This document shows, piece by piece, positions 26,726 to 41,448 of a stretch of 64,000 nucleotides of DNA (positions are counted from its first letter, which is position 1; each line of letters opens with the position of its first letter). The DNA is taken from NCBI GenBank assembly GCA_002189035.1, contig CM007989.1, positions 7,998,001-8,062,000 on the forward strand. Direction: 5' to 3'. A program made the position numbers and the translations under genes. The notes beneath the pieces are model-generated. The model was not told where the DNA came from. It did no database searches and worked only from the letters and a program-made list of their open reading frames with translations. This DNA comes from Utricularia gibba (Eukaryota > Plantae > Magnoliophyta).

Positions 26726-27690
26726 AATCCCTGAGTTGCGACGGCCTGATTAGGGAAGCTCAATATTTTATTTACATACACATACGCATAATATATATGT
26801 AATTTCAATATATAAAAAAATACTAAAAAATCTGTCAAAATTCCATCTTCAAACGCTTGTAATAACAAGTCTCATTTTCTGCTCGATTCTTTATTTTACA
26901 AGTCATCCCGTATTTTTTTCTGGAAAATAATATGATTTTCGATTTCCAGCATTTGATATCGATTGAAATAGAGTGAAAATTGGTTCGATCATCTTTTCTG
27001 TATTTTTTGAATCCACAGATCCATTTTTTTTACATTAAGATTTAGATAAAATAATGTACTCAGTTACGAAAAATAAATTGTTATTTAGGAAAGAAGTGGA
27101 TTAATTTGATTAAAGAATATCAAAATACCGAACTTTAATACAATATCTTGGGATTGATATAATTTCATATTAATATATGATTTATTTGACATTTTAATGT
27201 GTTTTCGATAATCAATAATTCAATATTGGAATTCATATGGATAAAATGATGGGGCACCCAAAAAACCCTAATGAATATAATTAAAAATACAAATAATTAT
27301 TAGGGTTTTGGGGGTACAGAAAAGAGGCAAGGCGACAGTGACGTTTCCTTTTTTTAAGGTTTTATTTGTGTATACTATAAGTGGTAATACCATATGATAT
27401 GATATTCTCGACAAAGCGGAATTTTTTATGAGATTTTTTGTCGTCTTTTTTATATACTATTCATTTTTTCACAGTTTTGTTGGCAAGAAGAGAGCGGTTT
27501 TGGTGTCTGGAATTTTGGGCACGGCGCTCCTATTCCCAGATCGGTGGTTACATCCATTCATTTTTAGCCCTCAATTTCGCATGCCCGAAGGCTGGATCCT
27601 CGAAGATGTTTGATCAGTAATTTCTACGCCGGTTGTCTAGATTCTGGTATTGGTTTTTCGCAGGCTTTGGGGTGTTAATAGACGGATTTG

Positions 27691-28790
<1,100 letters not shown>

Positions 28791-28821
28791 CACCGGAGAT
28801 CAATGCTGTAAATGCTACGCT

Positions 28822-28875
28822 TGCATTTACAGTGTCTATCAAGAACCCTGGTGCATTTACAGTGTCTATCAAGAA
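28822..28875. repeat. 24-bp direct repeat, 30-bp period
   Basis: TGCATTTACAGTGTCTATCAAGAA at 28822-28845 and 28852-28875. Confidence 0.9.
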
Positions 28876-28906
28876 TCTCAGTGAGCACTAGCACAAAGAA
28901 CTATAC

Positions 28907-29170
28907 ATGGCTTCCAAGCACCAGAACCCAACAACTTCCTCAGGGAAAAGAACAGCCACAGAGAAACTCTAGGAAATTACGGAACAGGCAAAGAGGCGAG
29001 CTGAGATCGCCAGGTGCTTCACTTGCATTCTCCAGCTTCACCTATAATAGTTAATGATTAGTCAGTCAAGCATTTGCCTATTTTATTTTGTTGCAGACTT
29101 CGTGAGATTCATATGCTCAAGGGCCACGTCGGTCGTCAAGCTTAAGGGACTTGAACTATCCAACAGAGCA
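28907..29170 (+). pseudogene. Two-exon remnant of an unidentified small (coiled-coil-like) protein gene
   Basis: ATG 28907, in-frame TAG 28970-28972. The GT-AG intron 29014-29096 joins KRRAEIAR|LREIHMLKGHV in frame; downstream VKLKGL and TIQQS occur in shifted frames. Confidence 0.5.
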
Positions 29171-29684
29171 AGGGGAAACACAAAGAAGTGGTGCTAGAAG
29201 AAGGGGAAAAACCTAAGTCTAGAGAAAAGTGAGGAAAGAGAAGAGGGCTCTCTCAACCTTCTTTCGTCTGTTATGACAGTGCCAGACATGTATCATAGAA
29301 GTGATTCCAATCACTTTTAGGAACTGAGAAAATTATCATATTTGATATAAATACGTAAATTCATTAATATCTCATTATTTTTTAATTTGCATACCTTGAC
29401 ATGCTTGAAGAAGAGATGGAGATGAAGGACATTGGAGAAACGTGAGCCTATTAGTCGGGATTTACGAGATCAACATGGAGTTCACAACACATCTAAACAC
29501 AATTAAACCGTTCTACGCAACATATCTGGTTCATAAGCCATAAGCATTCGCGGGTTATCTCGTGGCAAGATGAGACAACTTACATCACAGTGCTTTGGGA
29601 GCTAGCACTAGCGGCCTTCTAGAGAAAACAATAAGTGAACACTAAGCTGGCGGTTGCTGTAATACCTCAAACTGCAGCTATGAT

Positions 29685-32414
29685 TCATTCCCTGTCCACA
29701 ATCAGATGGCCACTCAGCCTCCTGCAAAATATCATTTTTGGTTTCTCTTTTAGCTTCAGTGATTTGTCAACAGTCATCAAAATACTGATAAAAGAGAACC
29801 GGCCATGCCTTGGCTTCTCGGATTTTGCAAGGTGTTTAGACAAAGCAGAAGCCTGTGTTATTAAAAGCTCCGATTTAGCATGGAGTATTCGATGGCAGAA
29901 AAATTAAGGAACACTTGAGAACATAAAACCTGTTCTTCGATTATGCTTCTTGCTTCGGCAAGTTGAGCTTCAAGATCAAGTTCTCTCTCTGATGCATCAG
30001 AGGTTATTTCTGGACCTTTTTGTACATCTTGCAACTGAACCATGCGTTCCTTCATAATCATGTTGTCCACACTCAATATTCATATGCTATGAAAACCCAC
30101 ATCAGAATCATAACTGGAATATTACCTTTATAGAGGCCATCTTGTTGCGTAGGCTTTCCTCAATTTGATCTCGAGCTATATGGAGAGGCAGATCAAACAT
30201 ATCCTGCAGATGTTTAAAAAAGATTACCAGTTTGAAGCTGCTCAAAATCCAAAAGAACATTCAATCGCAACGTACCGTCCTACCACCTAATGGAGACTGG
30301 GATACATCCGAGTCTGGCCTCTCATTAACAGGGCAGGACTGCTTCCCATTTGGTGCATTCAAAAACTCACGCATGTCAACCTGGAGCGAAGTTTCATTCA
30401 CAGGATCAAAGCTTTCGTTATATCGCACTCCTCCCTAACGCTATTAATAAAAGATCATTCCCTTGAAACGCAAGAAAAGTGACGGAAATTTTGAATTTTT
30501 GCCATTCATTCTGGAGCTATTGTAAAATGCTAGAGACAAGCTCCATTAACTGAAAGTGCATACAAACCTATAATGAAAGATTAACAAATCACACTAAAAA
30601 TAGGCGTTATTCTAAAAGATTTAGTACAGCTTCCATTATCCCAATAACGTATATTTAATGCTCTTGCACTAGAATTTAAAGATGGGACAGCTTCCATTAT
30701 CCCCACACATGATAACAGCTTTCTATTTACCTGCATCGAGCGTAACAATGCCCTCAGATCCGCATTCTCTGTGACAAGTTCTTGATTTTTAATCTCAAGA
30801 GCATCTACCTACATGTATTCCAGGAAAGGATCACGTGCAAAAATCAAACATTTCTTTTTGAAAATAAGGAAAGAGAGAGGGACAGATACAATTTTTTTGT
30901 AGAAGTCATTGTCTGCCTTCTTCCCATTCCAGGTTCCTCGCTGCCGGCCACCTTCTTTCTATTGCAATCATAAACAAGTTAAGCTATGAGGAAAACAAAA
31001 ATGAAATGTAAATGATGATAAAATGAAATGTTCACCTGTAGTAAATTCATGATTTCCATGCCAGATCTAGACTCTTTCTTCTTCTCCGCTAGTACCTGAT
31101 TAAGACGCTCCTGCAACAAAACCGAATTTAAATAGTTGATTTTGTTTAAATGTCTTAGCATGCATGCCATTAAAAAACTATACCTCTAAGAAGATACGAA
31201 AAACATACGGTACCTGAAGTTTCATATACTCCTTTTCCTTCTTCTTCATCTCATGTATTTGCTGTGTTCTCACTTGCTGTCCATCATGAATGCATTGTGA
31301 CTACATTCAACAATAAAATTGAACCCAGATAGAAAGAAGCAGAAGGTATCGTATAAACCTGATTACCCAAAACCATCTTCTGAAATTCGTCTCTCTCCTG
31401 CTGAAGCTTTTCAATTTGAGCTTTGAAGGCTGCAGTAGCCTTAGCTTCCTGTGTAGGATTTCAAGGACCAGTGGACTAAGTAGATCAGATTTCCATTCTT
31501 GCAAAAATTTCCATCACGAAAGCAAAATAGTATGGAATCGTTTCATTCTACTTCTGTCACAGAAGCTGCGGTAGAATTGAATGAAGCAACCTCTGGGGTG
31601 TCTCAAAACATTCTATCTCGCTTCTGTGCCACGAATAGAACCAAACCAAACCACAAAATCCTGACCGTTCTGGTCATTGTAGCGATGTCCCTATCTTTGC
31701 TAGCTACTTGTCCTTCCAGCCTCTCAACTTTGGATTCCAATCTTGAAATGTCGGATAGCAATCTTCGAAGATCTCAAAAAATATCAGTATGAGTTCTTCT
31801 ATAAGGTGAGGGGAAACCACAGAACCCCTCAAAATATCAAAACAAAAAACATTGCACGTTATATCAATAGTTAAATACCGCTGTCGCTGCTCATTTGCAT
31901 TCTCCCTAAATTCAATGTCCCTCTGTCTCTGCTGCAACAATGTGTATAAGCAGTTGCAAGTCCTCGCGATGGAGACCTAAATCACCAAAAGTAAACATTT
32001 TGAGCAATTACTCACGCGAAATACGGTCTGAGGCCTAGAAAAGGTATTTAAAAACTTACTGGATCATTTGAGAACAGATCAAGTGAAGCGGGGAAGCCAG
32101 AATTGACAAGTGTTTGATTCAAATACTTCACGCAATGTTCTAGGTTGTTGATATCCGCAAACCCACTTCCTTCACTGAAAATACCCACAACTTCTTTATC
32201 AGGCATCACACACAAAAATCAACGTAAACCCCACTGCGATCCTTACCTAACACCGAGAGCAGCAGCATTACTTCCCGACATCTGAAAAAAACCAAAATCA
32301 GAGACAATGCAGCAGACACTGAAGACACGAAACGGGAAAAACCGAACGCGTAGTACAATGGGCCACTACCGGTGATTATACCCAGAGATCGGAATCGATC
32401 TTAGTCAGCGGCAA
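29685..32414 (-). CDS. MSD1: Afadin/alpha-actinin-binding (SSX2IP/Msd1-like) coiled-coil protein, multi-exon
   Basis: FADINNLEHCVKYLNQTLVNSGFPASLDLFSNDP, LQQRQRDIEFRENANEQRQR, QERLNQVLAEKKKESRSGMEIMNLLQ, LEAQLAEARSIIEEQ, ...PR|RLSGHLIVDRE* (29687-29685). First in-frame ATG is 32281; an upstream in-frame exon begins at TTG 32414. Confidence 0.85.
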
Positions 32415-33012
32415 CTCCTCCAATGCGCGACTGCAATTTGAAAATTGAATTTCGACGAGAAAGAAGCAGCCGCCAAGCTTCTTCTATACGCAAAGATTCC
32501 TGGAAAAAGGGAAAACCGGGCATCTCGACGTGGCCAAATACATTTCTTAAAATAGATCCCATTAATAACACACTTTTTGGAAATTAAATATCGAACAAAT
32601 TATATTCTTTTTTTTGAACAATTATTTTTTATTTTATTGAATATGGGCCTCCATAGACCAGCGACCCATCAATGAGGAATATGGGCGACCCGGACATCTG
32701 GCCCGGGTTTTACTGGGCCTTGTCATGAAGCCGTGGTAGCTCTATTTTTTAAATATATTTAAAAATTAAAAGTTATTTGAAAATAATAGATTACCAGAAA
32801 TTGGTTTTTAAAAAAATGAACGGTGAAAAAAAATGAGGGAGAAAAAAAACCATGAGGGATAACTTGTGGTTGTGGGAGTGACACGTGTCAGGATAGAAAT
32901 TACCAGCAAAAAGATTTGCTTTCCCACGGGATGACTTGGGTAGATACGCTCCTCCACTACACATCCAGCGGACGCCACTACTTCCGCCTTGTCATCAACC
33001 GTGAAAAAGGAA

Positions 33013-34170
33013 ATGGAGATCTCAGACGGCGGCGATTTGGCGGCCGCCGGCGGGGAGTCCACGGCCAAGCCCTGTGATTACTGCAGCTCTGCGGACGCCG
33101 TCGTCTACTGCTGCAAGCACTCCGCTTTCATGTGCTTGTCGTGCGACGTGAGGATCCATTTCGCCGACACGGGTGCCCGACACGGACGCGTATGGATATG
33201 CGAGGTCTGTGAACAGGAGCCGGCTGCAGTCACCTGCAAGGCGGACGCCGCCGCGCTGTGCGTCGCGTGTGACCGCGATATACACTCTGCAAATCATGTT
33301 GCTCGCAAGCATGAGCGGTACCCGATGGTGCAGTTCTTTGGCTCCGCCGAAGCGGAGGCGGCGAAACTGGAGGCTTCCACTGCCCTGTTCGCCGACGATG
33401 ACCAGAGCGCTTTCAATATGGATATACTTGAAACGAAACTCGATTCGTGGCCTCCGGCCGACGACACGCCGGAGCCGGCCACCGGCGACCTCGATCTGAA
33501 ACTGATCGATTTTCTGTTTTCTGAAGCCGATCGGAGCACCGACTTTCATAACTTCCAATTGCCGTACGATTCCATAGACAGCGTTATTCCCATTGAATCA
33601 ACAACGCTGTTAGAGGAGGAGGAGGAGGAGGAGGAGGCGGCAGCGTCGTCTCACATCCACGCACCGGAAGTCAGTTTCCATATCGATTTCTCCAAAACCA
33701 ACTACAGTTGCCATTCTCAGAGCGCCTGCAGTAGTTTCACATCCACAACTCTCAGCCAGAGCGTAATGCGCCACTCATTCCTCTCCTCCACCTTCATCTC
33801 CCCCATTTCCTCAAAACAATCCCAAATCCCTAGATCCCAAAATTTCTGACACATTCTCACTCAATTTCAGGTCTCTTCGTCGTCTGCCGGCGTGATAACG
33901 GATGGCAGCTCGTCCGAAGTTTCTCACCCGTTTCCAGCTACCGGAAACATATCAAGCGTCAACGCACAGGGAAAACAACCCCACATTGTCCCCAACGACA
34001 GAGTAGCTAGGGTTTTGAGATACCAGGAGAAGCGAAGAAACCGGAATTTCAAGAAAACCGTTCGCTACGCCTCCCGCAAGGCCTACGCGGAAACTCGCCC
34101 GAGAGTCAAAGGCAGGTTCATGAAACGGGGAGGCGACGCCGAGCACCATCCCGCCGCCGCAAAACAGTAA
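33013..34170 (+). CDS. COL: CONSTANS-like B-box/CCT protein (two B-boxes)
   Basis: Exons 33013-33762 and 33871-34170. [13 protein letters not shown] and [32 protein letters not shown]; CCT domain [40 protein letters not shown]. Confidence 0.95.
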
Positions 34171-35760
34171 TCAAGATGGTACTCCGACGACGCCCTAATT
34201 AATCAAGATTATAATCCCGGTGCTGGACATCGCCATATCAATAAACATCTCTTTTTTATTACTACGAATATCAAAACCAGAAAAGAAAAGTAAATAGATA
34301 ATTAGATAATTAGATAATTAATCATTAATGATAGTGATTAGTGGTAAAACATGACGTTTAGAGCTTTCGTCGTACTTATCAAGCAGCACTAATTAGCATC
34401 TAATCATGGGATTAGCGTTAGCTAAAAGAGGTTCTATCTCCGCAGCTACTTTCTCTGCAAGTGATTATTTGGGCAGTGCCAAATTAAATTTAATATTATT
34501 TACAATAATAATGCAATTTCTTTAATCTATAGTGGTTGGCTTCCACATGGGCGGACAGTGGTGTTCTAAAGCCGCCACCCCCACGACCCCCTACTTATTT
34601 TTAATATAAATAAAAATAAAAATAGAAGATAAAAAATTATCCCGCAATTTCCTATTCAATTTAGGAATATGAGTATGCAAGCAAATTTTGATTCTCATAA
34701 AGCTCAATGTCGAAAAATATTCAAAATTTAAGAAAATCCTCGTATTACATATTCTTTGTTTATTTATTTTCCATACTTACATATTTTGAGAATCTCATTT
34801 TTTAATTCATATTAATCAATGTAAGCATACTCACAACATTTGTATTACCAAATATTGTGACTCGTAATTTTTTGTATGATACTATTCGTTTAAAATATTC
34901 AATTCGAATGAATTTATATTTTTTCTTTCATAATAAAAAAAAATTACATAAAATTAAAAAAAATCTTTATTTAGATATATATATATATTATTATTGATTC
35001 ATAATCAATTTAATATATCGTCACTATACCTCACCAAACTCTCCTACAACTGCCTTTTCAACATTGAAGAGTCGTTCGAATATTTTATAAACAAATGTGA
35101 TCGATTAAAAAAAAACTTTCGAATAATATGTTGTAGATCTTATAAATTCAAACAATTCCTAAAAAATCATATCGATGTCGAACGATACAAAGTGTATCAT
35201 TTATTCGTACAAAACCACTAGATGCGATCATCCCAATACTAATACATTCTATGACAAAAGGGTTCGCTAACTCAATATCAATCAATGCTCAAAATTCGAA
35301 AAAAATTCAGATTTCAATCACATTCTGTGACAAGATTTGAAAGTATTTTGTTTCTGTAGAAGTTTGGATGAAGTATAAAATACCATCTTTTAGATTGAAG
35401 ACCCAGTTTACAAGATCACACCATAAGAGATGAAGATCAAAGCAACGGAAACGATCCTGCGTTTCTTACAAAACAGGAGTATTCTTCTGGTTAGAATGAT
35501 GCACAAGGACTGGGTGAGATGTTTCCGGGAGTGGTTGGGAAGCACGCGCGGCCGTTGCTGGAGGAGTTCTTTTGTAAGGAAGTGAAGTCTGGGGTTGGAC
35601 AGTATGCAGAGGGAGGAGACGGGTGCCACAATTTCAGACAAATGTATCAGATAGAAACAAACCATAGATGGAGTCGAGTCGGGCGGGGCGTGAAAGGACT
35701 TGACTTTTCGGGGAGGATGATGCTCCAGCTTCCTCATTCCAGTGTCCAACAAACAGCGCT

Positions 35761-36049
35761 GTGCTGCTGTTAAGAGATTCAATCCCATTCCCTGCACCAT
35801 TCTTGTTTGATTTCCAACAGATACATCAGAGTGGTTGATGTGCTACTGTTAGGAGATTCAATCCCTGCACCATTCTTGCTTGATATCCAACAGATACACC
35901 ACAGTATCTGCTCTGCTGTTGGTAAGAGATTCAATCCCTTCACCATCTTTGTTTGACATCCAACAGATACACCAGCGTGTTTGCTGTGCTGCTGTTAAGG
36001 GGTTCAATCCCTGTATCATATTTGTTTGATATCCAGGAGATACATCAGA
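35761..36049. repeat. Tandem repeat, four diverged units, 73-bp period (first unit 79 bp)
   Basis: Core TTCAATCCC starts at 35778, 35857, 35930, 36003; the units share TGCT.CTGTT, TTGAT.TCCAACAGATAC. Confidence 0.9.
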
Positions 36050-36298
36050 GAAGAAGGAAATCCACACCCATCCGGGTGTGATTAGGGTGCCTGGACAGCC
36101 CAACCATGCAAAGGAACAGACACAATGACAAAGATTAAAGTTGTTCATCTGGATCAATCATGAAGTTAGCAGGCAAACTTGGAGTTACCCAGCTGATGAA
36201 AGACGACGAAGATTGGAGTTGTGGAAGATTTACCACAACTTGGAATTAGGTCTACCGGCCGCATATCGGCACACCGGGATCTTAATCCATTTTCATTT

Positions 36299-36807
36299 TC
36301 AGTACGGGGTCTCTCCGTCCGGAGTACCCACGGCCAAAATCCTCTTCCATGGAGCACCACCACTGATCCAAGGGCCGGAAGCTCCAGTCCGGCTAATCTG
36401 TACGGGGCTCCGGCAAACAGGGCAATTAGGCTTGTTCTTTATCCACCGATCTAAGCAATCGGCGTGGAATAAGTGTTTGCAAGCAGGAATATCCCTACAA
36501 TGGTCACCTCGTCGGAAGGGATCCAAACAAATCGCGCAATCGGCGGCCTCGGGGCGGTGTCAGGATAGACGACGTCGTGAAGGAGGGGATGGAGATGGAG
36601 AAATTGATTCTTGGGCCGGCGGTGGAAGGCGGTGGACATGAAGAGGAAGTGGGTGACCACGATAGCGGCGAAACCGAGGAAGAAGAGGAAGAGGGAGATC
36701 ACGAGGACCATAACTGCGCATTTGAGGATGAAACACAGAGGCCTGCGTTGACTCCTGCTGCTGTACCGCCGCGGCGAGGAGGGCGTACCGGCGGAAAAAA
36801 TCGGCAT
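36299..36807 (-). CDS. RING-H2 ATL-family E3 ubiquitin ligase (intronless, one apparent frameshift)
   Basis: TM segment ISLFLFFLGFAAIVVTHFLF; RING-H2 DCAICLDPFRRGDHCRDIPACKHLFHADCLDRWIKNKPNCPVCR; joined if the G4 run 36551-36554 is one base longer. Confidence 0.85.
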
Positions 36808-37216
36808 ATGGGTACGAGGGATCGGCGATCTTGGGAATCTGGAGACGAAGGATAAGAACCAAAGCACAATGTTTCCGATAGATATCGATGAGCGTACACG
36901 ATTTCCGATGCCATTTACCCACAGGAGATCAACATTGGAAAAGTCTCGTGGCCTCAACCGACATTGAATTTGAGGCCACAAGAAAAAAAGACTCAAAAAC
37001 ACGACAGTTGACCGACTTCCAATGCTCCACCTGTCTGAAAAACATAAATCAAAATCGAAACCAACCAATTCGAGCCACCACAAGGGATCAGCGTCTGGCT
37101 GCAGTTCATATCACTTATAGAATCACCCTGAAGATGATGATGGAATGGAAGGCATCCGAAATGTCCTTTGGCAACTCTGTTTGTTCCATGTGCGTATAGT
37201 AACAAAATCAGGCTCT

Positions 37217-39443
<2,227 letters not shown>

Positions 39444-41448
39444 CTAGCTAGGAATCGGGACTGGAAGTTGCTTGAAAATGATGGAGCAATGATGGATGTG
39501 AGAGTCTAGGCGGCAATGGCATTAACTCACCTCACTTGTCCATCCATCCCTGTCTACGCTTCCCAGCAAACTCAGAGACGAGAAGAGGGGTCAAGATCAG
39601 ACCGTCGACAGGGAGAAGAAGAAGAGGAAAGAAAGGGATCGGAGCTGCTTCTCAGCACTGAGAAAACTCCCATTTAAAGCTCCGCTACCCCTACTCCACC
39701 CAGCCCAAATTCCAACTTCTTCACACGCCGCGAATAGTAAATACAGACGCCTGCAGCAGCACCCTTTCCAGGTAGATCGGACAACGGCCTGGATTCATTG
39801 TACTACAAAACTTGTAGGAACGAGTGCTGTGCTGAACAGAGAAATGAGAAATAGACGTAGCTTTCTAAAAGCACAAAGGTAATAAAGATCCACACACACC
39901 CTCGAAAGCTAGATGCCGAAACAAGGAGAGTACGAAGGAGCCAAATCACTGGGCCAGCACAACCCCAGTCCAATGGGCCCTGAAGGCCCACGTAAATAAA
40001 GAATAGTCCATAGTAATTGGGAAACAGGGATCACGTGTAAATATCTTGGCAATAAAATAATGTTGTAATATTATTATTATATGAGGCTGGGGTGACGTGG
40101 ACCCATAATGTGGGGCCCTCTGTCAGCACCGTGCGTCGTACTTGTAGCCCGCCCCCTCTCGCCGTCGAGACAAGTACACCTATCCACCATTTCTGTCTGG
40201 GGTGCACTTCCACTACTTTTTTGTGTTTTTTAATTCAATTAAATTCAGAAGAAACGACAAATCAGAGGGGAGGGCAACACGACAAGCGCATTTATGACGT
40301 CACCCACCAATTAAATGCAAATTAATCAAGGAATATGGGTATTTTTTAAATGAACTTAAAAATAATAACCAGTAATAAGATTGATAGAAAAGAATGAAGA
40401 GAAAAAGGTGAAAACTCGCTGCGGTGCGGTGTATTCGAGAAAGCTGCACCTTCATTACACACCCTGCGGAAAATTATCCACCCCACTTTTTTGGTCAAAC
40501 CCCTCTTGATACCCAAACCTCAACATTGTCCGCAATTAGTGGCTTTTTTTCTTTTTTTTTTTACATAGTTCCCCATTTTGGATACCTTTTTTTTCCTTTT
40601 TTATAATATTAATTAATCGTTTGAAAATCTCGATTGTCAAAATCAATAGAAATAAAAAATTTTAGTAGATAGTATTATATATAAAATATTAATAGATATA
40701 TCAAAATTTCATGTTTATTAAATACAATAAAATTGACGAGGAGGCCATAATGTGGGAATATGACGAGCTCGACCGTTAGGTAGAGTATGGGAGAACTCTA
40801 CCCTGAAATATGATGATATATCAAATATTGTGTGAGAAAAATTGATTATGAATAATATATATTTTTTTAATTTAATATGTAAAACAGAGTATAACATGAC
40901 AATTTTCCGTATTAAGTTAAAAAATTGAATTTTGAATTATTATAATTACTTTTTAACTTAAAAAATAGTATCCAAAAATTCAAATTTTGAATTATTACAA
41001 TTACTTTTTAAAATTTACATACATTTATATATTTCGGTATTATAATATTGAATAAAAAATGTGTACCGAATAGTGAATGCTCACGCATAATCCCAAACAA
41101 GTGGGTGGCTTGCATTTTTGGACATACCCATTTCCCCAATAACGGATGTGCGACATGCACTTTATTGCTATATTTTGGAAATTAATTCATTTTTTAATTA
41201 GATAAATACGTGGACTTTTTTATTTATTATTTTTGGGGAATAAAATAAGAAACAAAGGGTAAAAAGAAAACGGAAATTCCTGATTGGCCCCTTGGAGGCA
41301 TTTAGAACCCCCCCTCTGTCTGCCTTGCTAGACGTTGTTTGTTCGTATCTCGAGGTTTTTGCTTCTCGTCCGTAACGGATCGGCGAGGGAGGGCCCTCTC
41401 CGAGTGTTTCTTTCCCCTGAATCTGAACGTAGAGGCGCCAGAGAGTAC

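Noticed and set aside
32989-33012. TTG start given for the COL ORF
   Set aside because: The ORF caller allows bacterial alternative starts; the in-frame ATG at 33013 is the simpler eukaryotic start.
33022-33558. Long antisense or shadow ORFs (also 63103-63597, 42541-42804, 36577-36855, 46573-47013)
   Set aside because: They lie opposite GC-rich coding exons, where stop codons are depleted, and have no protein motifs.
35761-36049. CRISPR array or tRNA cluster interpretation of the 73-bp repeat
   Set aside because: The units are similar along their whole length (no unique spacers), there are no cas genes, and the DNA is plant nuclear. No cloverleaf could be formed.
40777-40801. 8-bp hairpin GGTAGAGT/ACTCTACC
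   Set aside because: Short, isolated and expected by chance; no associated element.
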